64,000 nucleotides of DNA from Candidatus Helarchaeota archaeon (GCA_019058315.1 JAHPZH010000003.1:268451-332450); one strand, 5' to 3'; counted from the first letter of the stretch, positions 1-10,559 are shown. Notes: generated by a model not told the origin, from the sequence alone. Numbers and translations: made by a program.

Positions 1-1040
1 AAGTAACACCATATCTACTCCCACATTATCGGTAATACGAACGGTAATATTAACCGAATCTAAATTGCCAGGTGTAAGTGGGTCTCTTGAAACTGAAATA
101 ACATTGGGATACTCATTATCAATTATTGTATATTGGTAAGGACCATCGGTAGCGGGATTGTTGTTTGTATCATTCACCCAGATCGAATACGTTATGGTAG
201 TTCCTGCTGGATTTACAGGAATAGTATAGTTCCAATAGCCGTCTTGAGGAGTTCCTGATAGTGGGTCCATTTCATAATCTATTGGGGACCCCGTATGATT
301 AGAATTGAGTAACACCATATCTATTCCCACATTATCGGTAATACGAACGGTAATATTAACCGTATCTAAGTTACCAGGTGTAAGCGGGTCTCTTGAAACT
401 GAAATGATGTTGGGATACTCATTATCACCTATTGTATATTGATATGGTCCATCATTATCAGGTAGGTTGCTCGAATCATTCACCCAGATCGAATAAGTAA
501 TTGTAGTTCCAGCGGGATAGGCAGGAATGGTGAAATTCCAATAGCCATTCTGGTAAGATCCGGATAAAAAATCCATTTCATAATCTAATGGGGTACCTGT
601 GTGATTTGAATTGATTAGAACGGTATCTACTCCTACATTATCAGTAATAAGGACAGAGACATTAACCGAATCCAAGTTACCTGGGTTAAATGGATCTCTA
701 GTAACTAAGACGATATTTGGATTTTCGCCATCAGTTATGATATATTGGTATGGTCCAGCATTGGCTGGGTTGTTAGGTGTATCATTCGCCCAGATTGAAT
801 AAGTAATTGTAGTTCCAGCGGGATAGGCAGGAATAGTGAAATTCCAATAGCCATCCTGGTAAGATCCTGATAAGAAATCCATTTCATAATCTATTGGGGT
901 CCCAGTTTGGTTTGAATTAATTAAAACTGTATCTATTCCTGTATCATCTATAATATAGGCAGTAATATTTACGGTGTCCAAATTACTTGGGTCAACTGGA
1001 TCTCTTGTAACTGACACTATGTTTGGTGGGTTAGTTTTCG
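1..1040 (-). repeat. ~300-bp tandem coding repeats (Ig-like beta-sandwich units)
   Basis: Near-identical blocks such as cccacattatcggtaatacgaacggtaatattaaccg at ~20 and ~326, and gtagttccagcgggataggcaggaat at ~503 and ~809. Confidence 0.85.
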
Positions 1041-3957
1041 TATTCACATACATTATTTCCCAATCCGTTCCCCATTCACCATTCGTATTATCCTCCCATA
1101 TTACATGGATATGTCCATGTTCTGTAATGATAGATGGGGTCGAAGAATCATCGTCATTCCATCCATAAAGATCCGAAATAATGGTAGCATTGGACCAGAT
1201 TGCACCAGTATAATTAGTATACATTATTTCTGGGTCTGTACCCCATTCACCATCTGTCCAATCCATCCAGACTACATGAATATTACCATTTATGTCCGTG
1301 TCTATGTCTGGATAATAACTATTACGATCATTCCATCCATAATAATCAGAAATACAAGTTGCATTTGACCAACCCATACTAGTATAATTTACATACATAA
1401 TTTCAAAATCTGTTCCCCATTCACCTTCTGTGTAATCATACCAAACTACATGAACATTTCCATAACCATCCGTAGCCATGGAAGGTCCATAACTCGAATC
1501 ATTATTCCAATTTGTGAAGTCATCTGAAATTACTGTTGCGTTAGACCAACCCACACTAGTTCGGTTTGCATACATTATTTCTGAATCTGTTCCCCACCAA
1601 CCATCTGTGAAATCGACCCAAACAACATGGATATTTCCATTATTGTCAATAGAAATACTTGGAGATTGACTATCCTGATCATTCCAACCAGTAATATCAT
1701 CGGAAATCACAGTAGCATTGGTCCAACCCATCCCAGTATTATTTATATACATAATTTCTCTATCAGTTCCCCATTCTCCATCGGTCGAATCATACCAAAC
1801 AACGTGTATATTTCCGTTTTCATCCGCAGCGATGCGAGGAAAATAACTTTCACCATCATTCCACCCATAGACGTCCGAAATAACTGTCGCATTAGACCAA
1901 CCTGTTGTGGTATAATTGGCATACATTATTTCTCTATCAGTTCCCCATTCACCATCTGTTTCATCATACCAGACAACATGTAAATTTCCATTTTTATCCA
2001 TCACGATTTTAGGAGCATTACTATAACCGTCATTCCATCCATAAATATCAGAAATACAAGTTACGTTCGACCAACCAGCTGCAGTATAATTGGCATACAT
2101 TATTTCTCTATCAGTCCCCCATTCACCATCTGTTTCATCTGCCCAAACCACATGCACATATCCGTTACTATCCAAAGTTATATCGGAGTATGTACCATCA
2201 TCATTATTCCAACCTGTAAAATCATCTGAAATTACTGTTGCATTAGACCATTTAAAAATACTTGAAAAGATTTCATAATAATAAAAACCAGCAGTATTGG
2301 AATTGTTAAATGTGTCATTAGTCCAAATCGAATAACTTATAATGGTTTTTTCAGGAGACGCAGGAATTGTATAATTCCAATAACCATCTTGATTATTTCC
2401 TGAAAGAAAATCCATTTGGTAATAAGTTGGGGATCCCGTATGATTCGAATTGATTAATACTACATCAACCCCTGATACATCGGCAATATGGGCAGTGATA
2501 TTTACCAAATCTGTGGCACTCGGATTAATTGGATCCCTCGAAACTGAAACTATGTTTGGATTTTCGTTCGTCCGTTTTGTATACAATACTTCTATGTCTG
2601 TACCCCACCAACCATCAGTATAATCCCACCAAACCACATGAATAGTTCCACTATAATCCGTGGCAATTTTAGGATTAGAACTAGTTCCATCATTCCAACC
2701 ATACATACCTGAGATAGCTGTAGCATTTGTCCAACTCGTTCCCGTGTAATTTGTATACATTATTTCTGAATCGGTTCCCCATTCACCATCTGTGGCATCA
2801 CGCCAGACTACATGAATATTATCTAGTTTATCAGCAATAATATCAGGACGTACACTCTCATCATTATTCCAACCGTAAATATCAGAAATCACCGTAACAT
2901 TAGACCACCCCATGCCAGTATTATTTACGTACATTATTTCTTCGTCAACACTTCCCCCACCCCATTCACCTGGCGTTTGATCCCACCAAACCACGTGTTT
3001 ATATCCATTATTATCCGTTGTGATACGAGGATCGGAACTTGTGGCATTGTTCCAATTTGTGTAATCATCTGAGATTACGGTGGCGTTAGACCAACCGGTT
3101 GCGGTATAATTTGCATACATAATTTCTCTATCAGTTCCCCATTCACCATCCTGATCCCCATGCCAGACCACGTGTAAATTTCCAAGATTATCTATATCAA
3201 TATGAGGATTAAAATTACCAGCAGTATTCCACCCATAAATATCTGATATCTGTATAACATCAGACCAACCCGTAGCAGTATAATTTCTATACATAATTTC
3301 CCATCTTAGATTCGTGAAATCCTGCCAGACTACGTGTACATTTCCATTATTATCGGTGGCGATGCTAGGATATTGACTAGAACGATCATTCCAATCAGAA
3401 CTATTATCCGAAATTACAATAACCTCAGACCAACCAGTGGCAGTATAATTTACATACATTATTTCTTCATCAGAAGACCCACCACCCCATGGACCAGGCG
3501 TTTCATCTTGCCAAACCACGTGTATATTTCCATTAATGTCAGTGGCTATGCTAGGGCTTAAACTCGGACCAGTGTTCCAATTAGTATTATTATCTGAAAT
3601 TACCGTGGCATTCGACCAACCAGCGGCAGTATAATTTGCATACATAATTTCTTCATCAGCAATCCCACCACCCCAAGGACCAAGCGTTCTGTCCTGCCAG
3701 ACAACATGTATATTTCCATTATCATCCGTTGCGATGTCAGGGTAATAACTATTTCCAGTATTCCAATTAGTATAATCATCTGAAATACAAGTTGCATTAG
3801 ACCAATCAGAAGTACTTAAATCTAAATTTTTATTGTCAACCAATGGGAAAAACGGATTGATGGAGGAACTAGGTATCATTGAAAATATAATAATAAATGG
3901 AATTGAAAAAATAATGAGAAGCCAAATAAATTTAACAAGAGTTTTTTTATTTTTCAT
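1..3957 (-). CDS. Large secreted/surface repeat protein (>=1319 aa, runs off the left edge): signal peptide, 7-blade beta-propeller, Ig-like domain, 7-blade beta-propeller, >=4 Ig-like domains
   Basis: Not in the ORF track. ATG at 3957 follows a GTGAG SD-like motif. It reads MKNKKTLVKFIWLLIIFSIPFIIIFSMIPSS (signal-like), then ~58-aa repeats WSNATVISD..WN...S..P.IA.D..GN.HVVW.D.T.G.WG.D.EIMY.NYT, then ~100-aa repeats PNI.SVSRDP..P.NLD.VNITV.ITDNVGVD.VL.NSNHTG.P.DYEMD.LSG..QDGYWN.TIP..PAGTTITYSIW.ND. The frame at position 60 (DSVNITVRITDNVGVDMVLL) matches the frame of the start; spot-checked, not every codon verified. Confidence 0.88.
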   Translation of the reverse strand, partial: MKNKKTLVKFIWLLIIFSIPFIIIFSMIPSSSINPFFPLVDNKNLDLSTSDWSNATCISDDYTNWNTGNSYYPDIATDDNGNIHVVWQDRTLGPWGGGIADEEIMYANYTAAGWSNATVISDNNTNWNTGPSLSPSIATDINGNIHVVWQDETPGPWGGGSSDEEIMYVNYTATGWSEVIVISDNSSDWNDRSSQYPSIATDNNGNVHVVWQDFTNLRWEIMYRNYTATGWSDVIQISDIYGWNTAGNFNPHIDIDNLGNLHVVWHGDQDGEWGTDREIMYANYTATGWSNATVISDDYTNWNNATSSDPRITTDNNGYKHVVWWDQTPGEWGGGSVDEEIMYVNNTGMGWSNVTVISDIYGWNNDESVRPDIIADKLDNIHVVWRDATDGEWGTDSEIMYTNYTGTSWTNATAISGMYGWNDGTSSNPKIATDYSGTIHVVWWDYTDGWWGTDIEVLYTKRTNENPNIVSVSRDPINPSATDLVNITAHIADVSGVDVVLINSNHTGSPTYYQMDFLSGNNQDGYWNYTIPASPEKTIISYSIWTNDTFNNSNTAGFYYYEIFSSIFKWSNATVISDDFTGWNNDDGTYSDITLDSNGYVHVVWADETDGEWGTDREIMYANYTAAGWSNVTCISDIYGWNDGYSNAPKIVMDKNGNLHVVWYDETDGEWGTDREIMYANYTTTGWSNATVISDVYGWNDGESYFPRIAADENGNIHVVWYDSTDGEWGTDREIMYINNTGMGWTNATVISDDITGWNDQDSQSPSISIDNNGNIHVVWVDFTDGWWGTDSEIMYANRTSVGWSNATVISDDFTNWNNDSSYGPSMATDGYGNVHVVWYDYTEGEWGTDFEIMYVNYTSMGWSNATCISDYYGWNDRNSYYPDIDTDINGNIHVVWMDWTDGEWGTDPEIMYTNYTGAIWSNATIISDLYGWNDDDSSTPSIITEHGHIHVIWEDNTNGEWGTDWEIMYVNTKTNPPNIVSVTRDPVDPSNLDTVNITAYIIDDTGIDTVLINSNQTGTPIDYEMDFLSGSYQDGYWNFTIPAYPAGTTITYSIWANDTPNNPANAGPYQYIITDGENPNIVLVTRDPFNPGNLDSVNVSVLITDNVGVDTVLINSNHTGTPLDYEMDFLSGSYQNGYWNFTIPAYPAGTTITYSIWVNDSSNLPDNDGPYQYTIGDNEYPNIISVSRDPLTPGNLDTVNITVRITDNVGIDMVLLNSNHTGSPIDYEMDPLSGTPQDGYWNYTIPVNPAGTTITYSIWVNDTNNNPATDGPYQYTIIDNEYPNVISVSRDPLTPGNLDSVNITVRITDNVGVDMVLL

Positions 3958-4196
3958 ATTTCTCACTTAATATTTGAAATAAAAATAACGTAATTTCAAA
4001 AACTGGAATCAATTTAAGGAGTTATCATTTTTACTTTTAAATGCATTACGTCCATTTTTAAAAAAAATATGACAGTTGAATTTGTAAAATCTATTTTTAA
4101 AATGTATTATTTAGTTTCGAAATAAAATTAGAGGTTATTAATAAGTGAAATGTATAATTTGGGCTAAAGACCATATTTAAATTAGTCAATACTTTT

Positions 4197-6395
4197 TTAT
4201 TTAAATAAATCATCCATCTTTGAAATCAATTCTTTGAATATGCCAACATTACCGGTCCAATTGACAATATCATTTGCATATTTGGCTTCAAAAACTGAAA
4301 TAAAATGAAGAAGTTTTTCAGATAAGAAGGATGTTACAGGACCTGTTAGAACAATTGCAGCTCGAATATATTGTCCATCCTCCATTACAATTTCAAAATC
4401 TTTATAGGCCAATTTCTTTACTGGTGTTGCTCCCTTTGAAATCTCAGAACCAAAACTCTGAATTGCAGTTAGAAATCCACTTATTAAATCTGTATCAAAT
4501 TCAAATCCACCAAAATTGTGATTAAACATTGTTAATCCAGAATTCTGATTTATTACCATTAAGTATTTTAAAATATTTAATGAATATTGTTGTTCAATTT
4601 GGCTAACTATAAGATTTAAATTCTTGGTTTGCTCCTCAATAGTATTAACAGCGATTTCTTGATCTTGAAAAGTATCCCGGTAAGTTTTTGAATTAGTCTG
4701 AATGATTTTTAGAATTTCCTTCATCCATTGTAATATATAAGACTCTAATTTCACAGCTGATTTATCATCTAAATTGTCGCTAGATGGTAATTTTTCGAGT
4801 TGAGTTAATGAATTAATTATATCACCTATAACATCGGATTCTGGTAAGCTGCCTTCAATTCTAGAAACAATTTCCCTTAATAATAAAACAATATCCTTAA
4901 CTACTTCTCGTTCTTCACAGATTTCAAAACATTTACATAATCTTTCACTTATATCAAAGCTGTCTAAGATTGATTGACTTATTTTTTCTATTTTTGTTTG
5001 TAAACTTTGGGCAGTTTCAAGAGCCACATTTATTAAATTTTTAATATAGGCAATAAACCCAGTTGCTTGTTTCATATCCGCAGTCCAGACTTCAAGACTA
5101 ATATTTGAATTTATAATTTTTATTTCCACAATCATGGAATTTCCCGTAACTTTAGCAACTCCAGAAAATACAGCCGTCATCTCATCAAAATTAGTTTCAA
5201 CCTCCGCTAAATCAAGCGCAGATACTTGTTCGCTAGCAATTTTAAAAGCTTGAGAATTAGGAATGTTTGAATATTGAATTTTTGTAGCACCTTTTAGAAG
5301 TGTTTTTTTCCAGGTATCAATATCTGATTTTGTAGCTTTTTGGGGAGTAACTAAAGGACATTTAATCTGAATTTCCTTTGGTATAATTGGTAACATTTTA
5401 GGGTTTCCAAATGCATCAACATAAGAGATAGATCCAAAGATTTGAGATTGTCCACAAGTTAAGGGAATTAAATTGAAATCTACGCCTCTTGACTCTCCAG
5501 GATTTAAAACATCAATTTCTTGAATTCTATTATTAATTCTATATTGAGTAGTGGGAGTTAATATCACACCTATTTTGGAGATAGTAGTAGAAGATTCATT
5601 CCTTACAGCAACTTTAAAACGAATATTCCCTCCAATATAGTCAAATTCACGCAAAATTTTAATTTTTTCTTTTTCAATAGGTGGTGTTATTCCTTTAATA
5701 TAAGGTGGCTTAATTTCTAATGGCGGAGGTCTTAAATTTTCCATTATTGGTTCAATATGCTCTAAATTTCCAAAATATCTGATTTCTCCTTCTTGATATT
5801 TTTGATTTATATAATTTAAATTTGAGAAAGTTTGAATAGCATTTCTAATTATACCTAACTTAAGTCCTGATTTATCTCCTAGTAATCCTAAAGAAATTCC
5901 AGGTTCTGATAAAATCAATTCTAAAATTTCAAGATGTCTAGGATCTCTCAATATAAAAATGCCCTCATAAAATTCAGGATTGATTTTGGAATGAAAATAA
6001 GCAATTTTATTTGTTATTTTATTTTTTTTGATATAATCAAATTTCTCTAATATTTTTAAGTGCCAAGCAATTAAACGGGGTGATATATTGAGATTTTTTC
6101 GAATTTCTCTTGAATGAGCGCCTGGCTTATTATAAACGTATTTATAAATTCTATACCTTGTATTATTTTGAAAGACTGTATCTTTAGTAATTTTAGATCC
6201 TTCAACAATATAATTTTTTAAAATTAATTGATAAATTGCATGACTAATTTCATTTTTAGAATAGTTTTTTATTTCATCAATTGATTTGGAATATAATAAT
6301 TCAATATCTAACGGTCTATTTTTTACTAATTCATTAGCAATTTTTAATACTGATTCCTCAATAGGTGAAACTTTTAAAAATTTTATTCTTATCAT
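4197..6395 (-). CDS. Multidomain protein: tandem winged-HTH, Ig-sandwich/platform-like middle, helical region, C-terminal Asgard longin-like domain
   Basis: TRYRIYKYVYNKPGAHSREIRKNLNISPRLIAWHLKILEK is an archaeal wHTH pattern. The C-terminus YLMVINQNSGLTMFNHNF...DLISGFLTAIQSFGSEI is a typical longin-like signature. Confidence 0.7.
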   Translation of the reverse strand: MIRIKFLKVSPIEESVLKIANELVKNRPLDIELLYSKSIDEIKNYSKNEISHAIYQLILKNYIVEGSKITKDTVFQNNTRYRIYKYVYNKPGAHSREIRKNLNISPRLIAWHLKILEKFDYIKKNKITNKIAYFHSKINPEFYEGIFILRDPRHLEILELILSEPGISLGLLGDKSGLKLGIIRNAIQTFSNLNYINQKYQEGEIRYFGNLEHIEPIMENLRPPPLEIKPPYIKGITPPIEKEKIKILREFDYIGGNIRFKVAVRNESSTTISKIGVILTPTTQYRINNRIQEIDVLNPGESRGVDFNLIPLTCGQSQIFGSISYVDAFGNPKMLPIIPKEIQIKCPLVTPQKATKSDIDTWKKTLLKGATKIQYSNIPNSQAFKIASEQVSALDLAEVETNFDEMTAVFSGVAKVTGNSMIVEIKIINSNISLEVWTADMKQATGFIAYIKNLINVALETAQSLQTKIEKISQSILDSFDISERLCKCFEICEEREVVKDIVLLLREIVSRIEGSLPESDVIGDIINSLTQLEKLPSSDNLDDKSAVKLESYILQWMKEILKIIQTNSKTYRDTFQDQEIAVNTIEEQTKNLNLIVSQIEQQYSLNILKYLMVINQNSGLTMFNHNFGGFEFDTDLISGFLTAIQSFGSEISKGATPVKKLAYKDFEIVMEDGQYIRAAIVLTGPVTSFLSEKLLHFISVFEAKYANDIVNWTGNVGIFKELISKMDDLFK

Positions 6396-6536
6396 CTCTA
6401 TTAATAAAAATCTTTTTAATTAGGTAATAATTTTCCTTAATTATTGATTTCTATATTTCATTTCAAAATTTATGATAATGTAATATTAAATTATCTGACG
6501 AATTTATAATATAACTTAATTATGCAATTGTTGTCC

Positions 6537-7100
6537 TTAGACTTTTTGAAACATATCTTTAAATTTAGTTAAAGGCAGTCCTATTACGTTTTCATAATCA
6601 CCATCAATTTTTTTTATAAATTTATACCCTTTTTCTTGGATTTTATAAGCTCCAGCAGCGTCTAATGGTTCCTTAGAGTTGACATAGCTTCTAATTTCCT
6701 CATCATTGATTTTTCTCATAGTCACCAATGTTGTTTCACTATCAACTATTGTCTTTCCATTGATATTAATTATAGCAAGACCTGTGATTACTTTATGAGT
6801 AGAATTACTTAATTTTTTTAACATTCTAAAGGCGTCTTTCTTATCTCTAGGCTTTCCTAATATTTCATTATTAAGAACGACTATAGTATCTGCCCCAATT
6901 ATTATCCCTTCTTTTTTATTCTTAATTATAGATCTAGCCTTTTCAAGTGCAATCTTCTTTGCAATTTCTTCCGGAGCTAAATTTTCATCGATATAGAGAC
7001 TCTCGTCTATTTTACTCGGCTCAATTATGAATTTCAAGCCCATTTCTTTTAAAAATTTTATTCTGCGAGGTGATTTAGAAGCCAAGAATATATCAACCAT
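6537..7100 (-). CDS. maf: Maf family nucleoside triphosphate pyrophosphatase
   Basis: LASKSPRR, GADTIV, LGKP, AGAYKIQ and NVIGLPL motifs. Confidence 0.95.
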   Translation of the reverse strand: MVDIFLASKSPRRIKFLKEMGLKFIIEPSKIDESLYIDENLAPEEIAKKIALEKARSIIKNKKEGIIIGADTIVVLNNEILGKPRDKKDAFRMLKKLSNSTHKVITGLAIININGKTIVDSETTLVTMRKINDEEIRSYVNSKEPLDAAGAYKIQEKGYKFIKKIDGDYENVIGLPLTKFKDMFQKV

Positions 7101-7144
7101 GATTCAAATAGATAAATAAAGGCTTTTAGATTTATTCATTTATC

Positions 7145-8206
7145 ATGAGAATTAAAGAATTTCATGAAAAATTTAGTTCTGCATGTGAAGCTGTAATTAT
7201 TTCAGACCCGAAGAATATTTATTATTTTACAGGCTTCTACCCTCATTCACCATCATATTTGTTAATAGAAAATGATTTAAATTTGAAATTAATGGTTCCT
7301 GAATTGGAATATGAAGATGCAAAGAAAAATAGTAAAAATACTGAAATTATAAATCTAAAAAAAGAATTACCTATTGATTTTTTAATCAAAACACTTCAGG
7401 AACAAAATAAATTTAAGATTTTGGGTTTTGAGAGTGAATATATGACAGTATCTACTTATTTAAAGCTCACTCAAAAACTGAAATCTATTGAATTTAAGAG
7501 TATTACAGAATTATTAAACTCAACTAGAGAAGTAAAAATACCTAAGGAAATTGAATATCTAGAAAAAGCTGCGCAAATAGCAGATGTTGGTATTGAAACC
7601 GCGATAAATAATATTGAAGAAGGGAAAATGGAAATAGAAATTGCTGGCGAAGTTGAATATAATATGAGAAAGGCAGGATCCGAAAAAACTCCTTTCGATA
7701 CTATTATTGCATCGGGTCCTAACTCGGCATTACCACATGCAACTGCAAGTGAACGAAAAATTCAGAAAGGTGATTTTATTATAGTTGATATAGGGGCTAC
7801 TTACAAAGGATATTGTTCTGATATGACACGTACAATCTGTTTTGACAAACCCTCTCAAAAACAATTAGAAATATTCAACCTTGTACTAAATGCACATCAG
7901 GAATCAATGCAAGTTGCACGAGCAGGTGTGGATATAAAAAATGTTGACGTGATTGCTAGGGATATGATTAAAAAAGCTGGATATGAATTCATCCATTCTT
8001 TAGGTCATGGTGTTGGGTTGGATGTGCATGAGGATCCAACTTTATCATTTAAGAGTAAAAATAAATTAAAACAAAACAGCGTGATAACTATTGAGCCAGG
8101 GGTTTATATTCCCGATTTTGGCGGAGTTAGAATAGAAGATATGTACCAAGTCTTGAAAGATAAAGTAAAAAATTTGACAAAATCAAAACAAAATATTTGT
8201 ATTTGA
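7145..8206 (+). CDS. Xaa-Pro aminopeptidase/prolidase (M24 family)
   Basis: Creatinase-like N-terminus; DIGATYKGYCSDMTRT, HSLGHGVGLDVHE, EPGVY and GGVRIED metal-binding motifs. Confidence 0.95.
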   Translation: MRIKEFHEKFSSACEAVIISDPKNIYYFTGFYPHSPSYLLIENDLNLKLMVPELEYEDAKKNSKNTEIINLKKELPIDFLIKTLQEQNKFKILGFESEYMTVSTYLKLTQKLKSIEFKSITELLNSTREVKIPKEIEYLEKAAQIADVGIETAINNIEEGKMEIEIAGEVEYNMRKAGSEKTPFDTIIASGPNSALPHATASERKIQKGDFIIVDIGATYKGYCSDMTRTICFDKPSQKQLEIFNLVLNAHQESMQVARAGVDIKNVDVIARDMIKKAGYEFIHSLGHGVGLDVHEDPTLSFKSKNKLKQNSVITIEPGVYIPDFGGVRIEDMYQVLKDKVKNLTKSKQNICI

Positions 8207-8242
8207 TTTATTATTTCATCTTTTATATAAAATCAAATTTTC

Positions 8243-9052
8243 TTATTTTCCATATCTGCGTGATCTTTTCTGGAATAGCCGAACCGCTCGCCATAAATCG
8301 ATCTTTCGTATACTAGGCCAATATATTTCTAAAAATATTAATTCAGAATAAGCACTTTGCCATAGTAAGAAACCAGACAGCCTTTCCTCCCCACTTGTTC
8401 GAATAACTACATCAGGATCTGGTAAGCCTGATGTATATAAATGTGATTCAATAGCTTTTTCATTGATATTCTCAATTAAAAGTTCCCCACTTTTTACTTT
8501 TTGGGCAATTTGTTTAACACAATCGACTATTTCATTTCGTCCGCCATAACTAATTGCGACATTAAGTTGATAGTCGTTGTATTGTGCAGTATTTTTTTCA
8601 GCCTCTCTAATTATTTGTTGTAGATCTTCAGGCAGTTCATAAAGACGCCCTATTGCTTTAACTTTGACTCTATACTTATGGATTAGTGGATGTGTCATGA
8701 GCTCATGGAATTTTTGCTTCGCAATTTTCATAATTTCTTCAACTTCTTTTTCAGGACGGTTAAAGTTTTCAGTTGAAAATGCGTATAGAGTAACAACTCG
8801 AATACCTAACTCATAACAAAAAGCTAGAACTTGTTCAATTTTTTGTGCTCCGACCTTATGACCGTACCATGGGGGCAAATCTCTTTCTTGAGCATATCTA
8901 CGATTGCCATCTAAAATTATACCAATATGCTCAGGCATCCTTTGGTTTTTAATTTGTGTCCACAGCTTTTTTTTGTAGGCCCAATAAAAAGGTTTTACTA
9001 AAAAGTCTATAATATTTTTCAAAAATCTAATAACGGAATCTTTTTTTGTCAA
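8243..9052 (-). CDS. uppS: cis-prenyltransferase (polyprenyl diphosphate synthase)
   Basis: HIGIILDGNRRYA, YAFSTENFNRP, IRTSGEERLSGFLLWQ and C-terminal RRYGK. Confidence 0.96.
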   Translation of the reverse strand: MTKKDSVIRFLKNIIDFLVKPFYWAYKKKLWTQIKNQRMPEHIGIILDGNRRYAQERDLPPWYGHKVGAQKIEQVLAFCYELGIRVVTLYAFSTENFNRPEKEVEEIMKIAKQKFHELMTHPLIHKYRVKVKAIGRLYELPEDLQQIIREAEKNTAQYNDYQLNVAISYGGRNEIVDCVKQIAQKVKSGELLIENINEKAIESHLYTSGLPDPDVVIRTSGEERLSGFLLWQSAYSELIFLEIYWPSIRKIDLWRAVRLFQKRSRRYGK

Positions 9053-9299
9053 AATATGGACCTCATTTGTCGAAATTAAAGCTTATTTTATTTATCTTTA
9101 ACATTACTTATATAATTAGATATTTTTATTTTCTACAATGGTTTTTTAATATATTATTGTTATTGTGCTGATTTTAGGATATAATGAATTATTTTTCTGA
9201 TTAAATGTGATATTATCTAGATATTGACCTAGATGCAGACCTAGATATTCATAATTAATTAATTATTGACTATATCTTTATTTTATTGGTGGATCCATC

Positions 9300-10556
9300 G
9301 TGGTGAAAATCCTCAATTATGGAAATAGCATATATAACTCAAAATATGCAAGTTCATTATCTGCACCACGATTTTTTAAGAAAATTGCTAGTCTCCAATT
9401 TCGTTCTTCTTCACAAAAAGTTTTAGCTAATTTTGCAAAGATACAAAAGTCTATTCCACAAAAAAATGAAATAGTTTCAACAAGAGACCTTTATTCATTA
9501 CTTGAAATTCTTTCTCAGACGATCTCTCTCAAACATGGTCATAATTCAGTAGAAATTAATGATGTAAAAACGGCAATTACATTTTATTATCATCTTTCTC
9601 ATTGCCCAGCAATTTCTCCAATAATAAACGGAGATTTTTCTGTTTTATTCAAAACAAATTCCCAAGATAGAAATATCGCTATTAAAGATTTGGAAATCAG
9701 TTCTCCAGCCTCACAGCAATTAGAATTAGTAAAAGATAAATTTAATAAGATGTTAGAAGAAAAATCGGATGAATTAATAACCCAATTGAATTCTAGTATG
9801 TTGCTTCTTTCAGGTTTCCATGCTAAAAATAATAAAATAACTAGAAAGAACATTGATGATAGTTATAAATTATTAAGAGTTTTACTTTTAAGGACACCAA
9901 TTTTAGAATTTGATACAATTTATGATTATTTTAGATTAATTAATTCAGATATATATAAGAAAATGAATCTAATCAGAATAACGGAAGACGGATTAATAAA
10001 TTTAAAAAATGTTATTCATCTTTTTGCAGATCATAAGAATTCTATTTCTAAAATATTCCCTAATGAGAAATTATTAAAAATAGGAGTAAATAAATTTCCA
10101 ATTTCAACACTAATCAAAAATATTGCACAAATATATGGTCTAAAAAATAATATTTTTGCTATTGATACAGAGCATCTTAAAAAAGTAATTGGAATTTATG
10201 AACAATTGCTGAGAAAATTTAAGTTTTTTAAACCACATAAAGAGCTTACAAAGGAAAAAATATTGGAAATATATTCTAGAAGATTTAATTTGGAAATTTC
10301 ACCTAGAACTCAAAATTTTTTATTCAGATTTAGGCGAAATTTTACAATTTCTATGAATGATTTAGTTGGACGTAAAGAAATGTTATTTAATTTTTCAGCA
10401 TTGACTTCGCAGATGTTCACTTCTATTGTTACAATTAGTGTTCTATGTGCTAGTAGATTTAATCATGAGGCTATTTTATTAGAAGACATTAAGCATGCAA
10501 TAAGAATTTATACATTTTTATTGTTAGACTCTGATCTAACAGGTAATACATTTTAA
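9300..10556 (+). CDS. Hypothetical protein with four internal helical repeats (AAA-lid/histone-fold-like)
   Basis: 418-aa ORF with a recurring ...V/I.x.DV/I..AI..Y pattern about every 100 aa. Confidence 0.7.
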   Translation: MVKILNYGNSIYNSKYASSLSAPRFFKKIASLQFRSSSQKVLANFAKIQKSIPQKNEIVSTRDLYSLLEILSQTISLKHGHNSVEINDVKTAITFYYHLSHCPAISPIINGDFSVLFKTNSQDRNIAIKDLEISSPASQQLELVKDKFNKMLEEKSDELITQLNSSMLLLSGFHAKNNKITRKNIDDSYKLLRVLLLRTPILEFDTIYDYFRLINSDIYKKMNLIRITEDGLINLKNVIHLFADHKNSISKIFPNEKLLKIGVNKFPISTLIKNIAQIYGLKNNIFAIDTEHLKKVIGIYEQLLRKFKFFKPHKELTKEKILEIYSRRFNLEISPRTQNFLFRFRRNFTISMNDLVGRKEMLFNFSALTSQMFTSIVTISVLCASRFNHEAILLEDIKHAIRIYTFLLLDSDLTGNTF

Positions 10557-10559
10557 ATT

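Noticed and set aside
611-3797. Short tracked ORFs at 611-3797
   Set aside because: Antisense or off-frame shadows of the large minus-strand repeat gene 1-3957.
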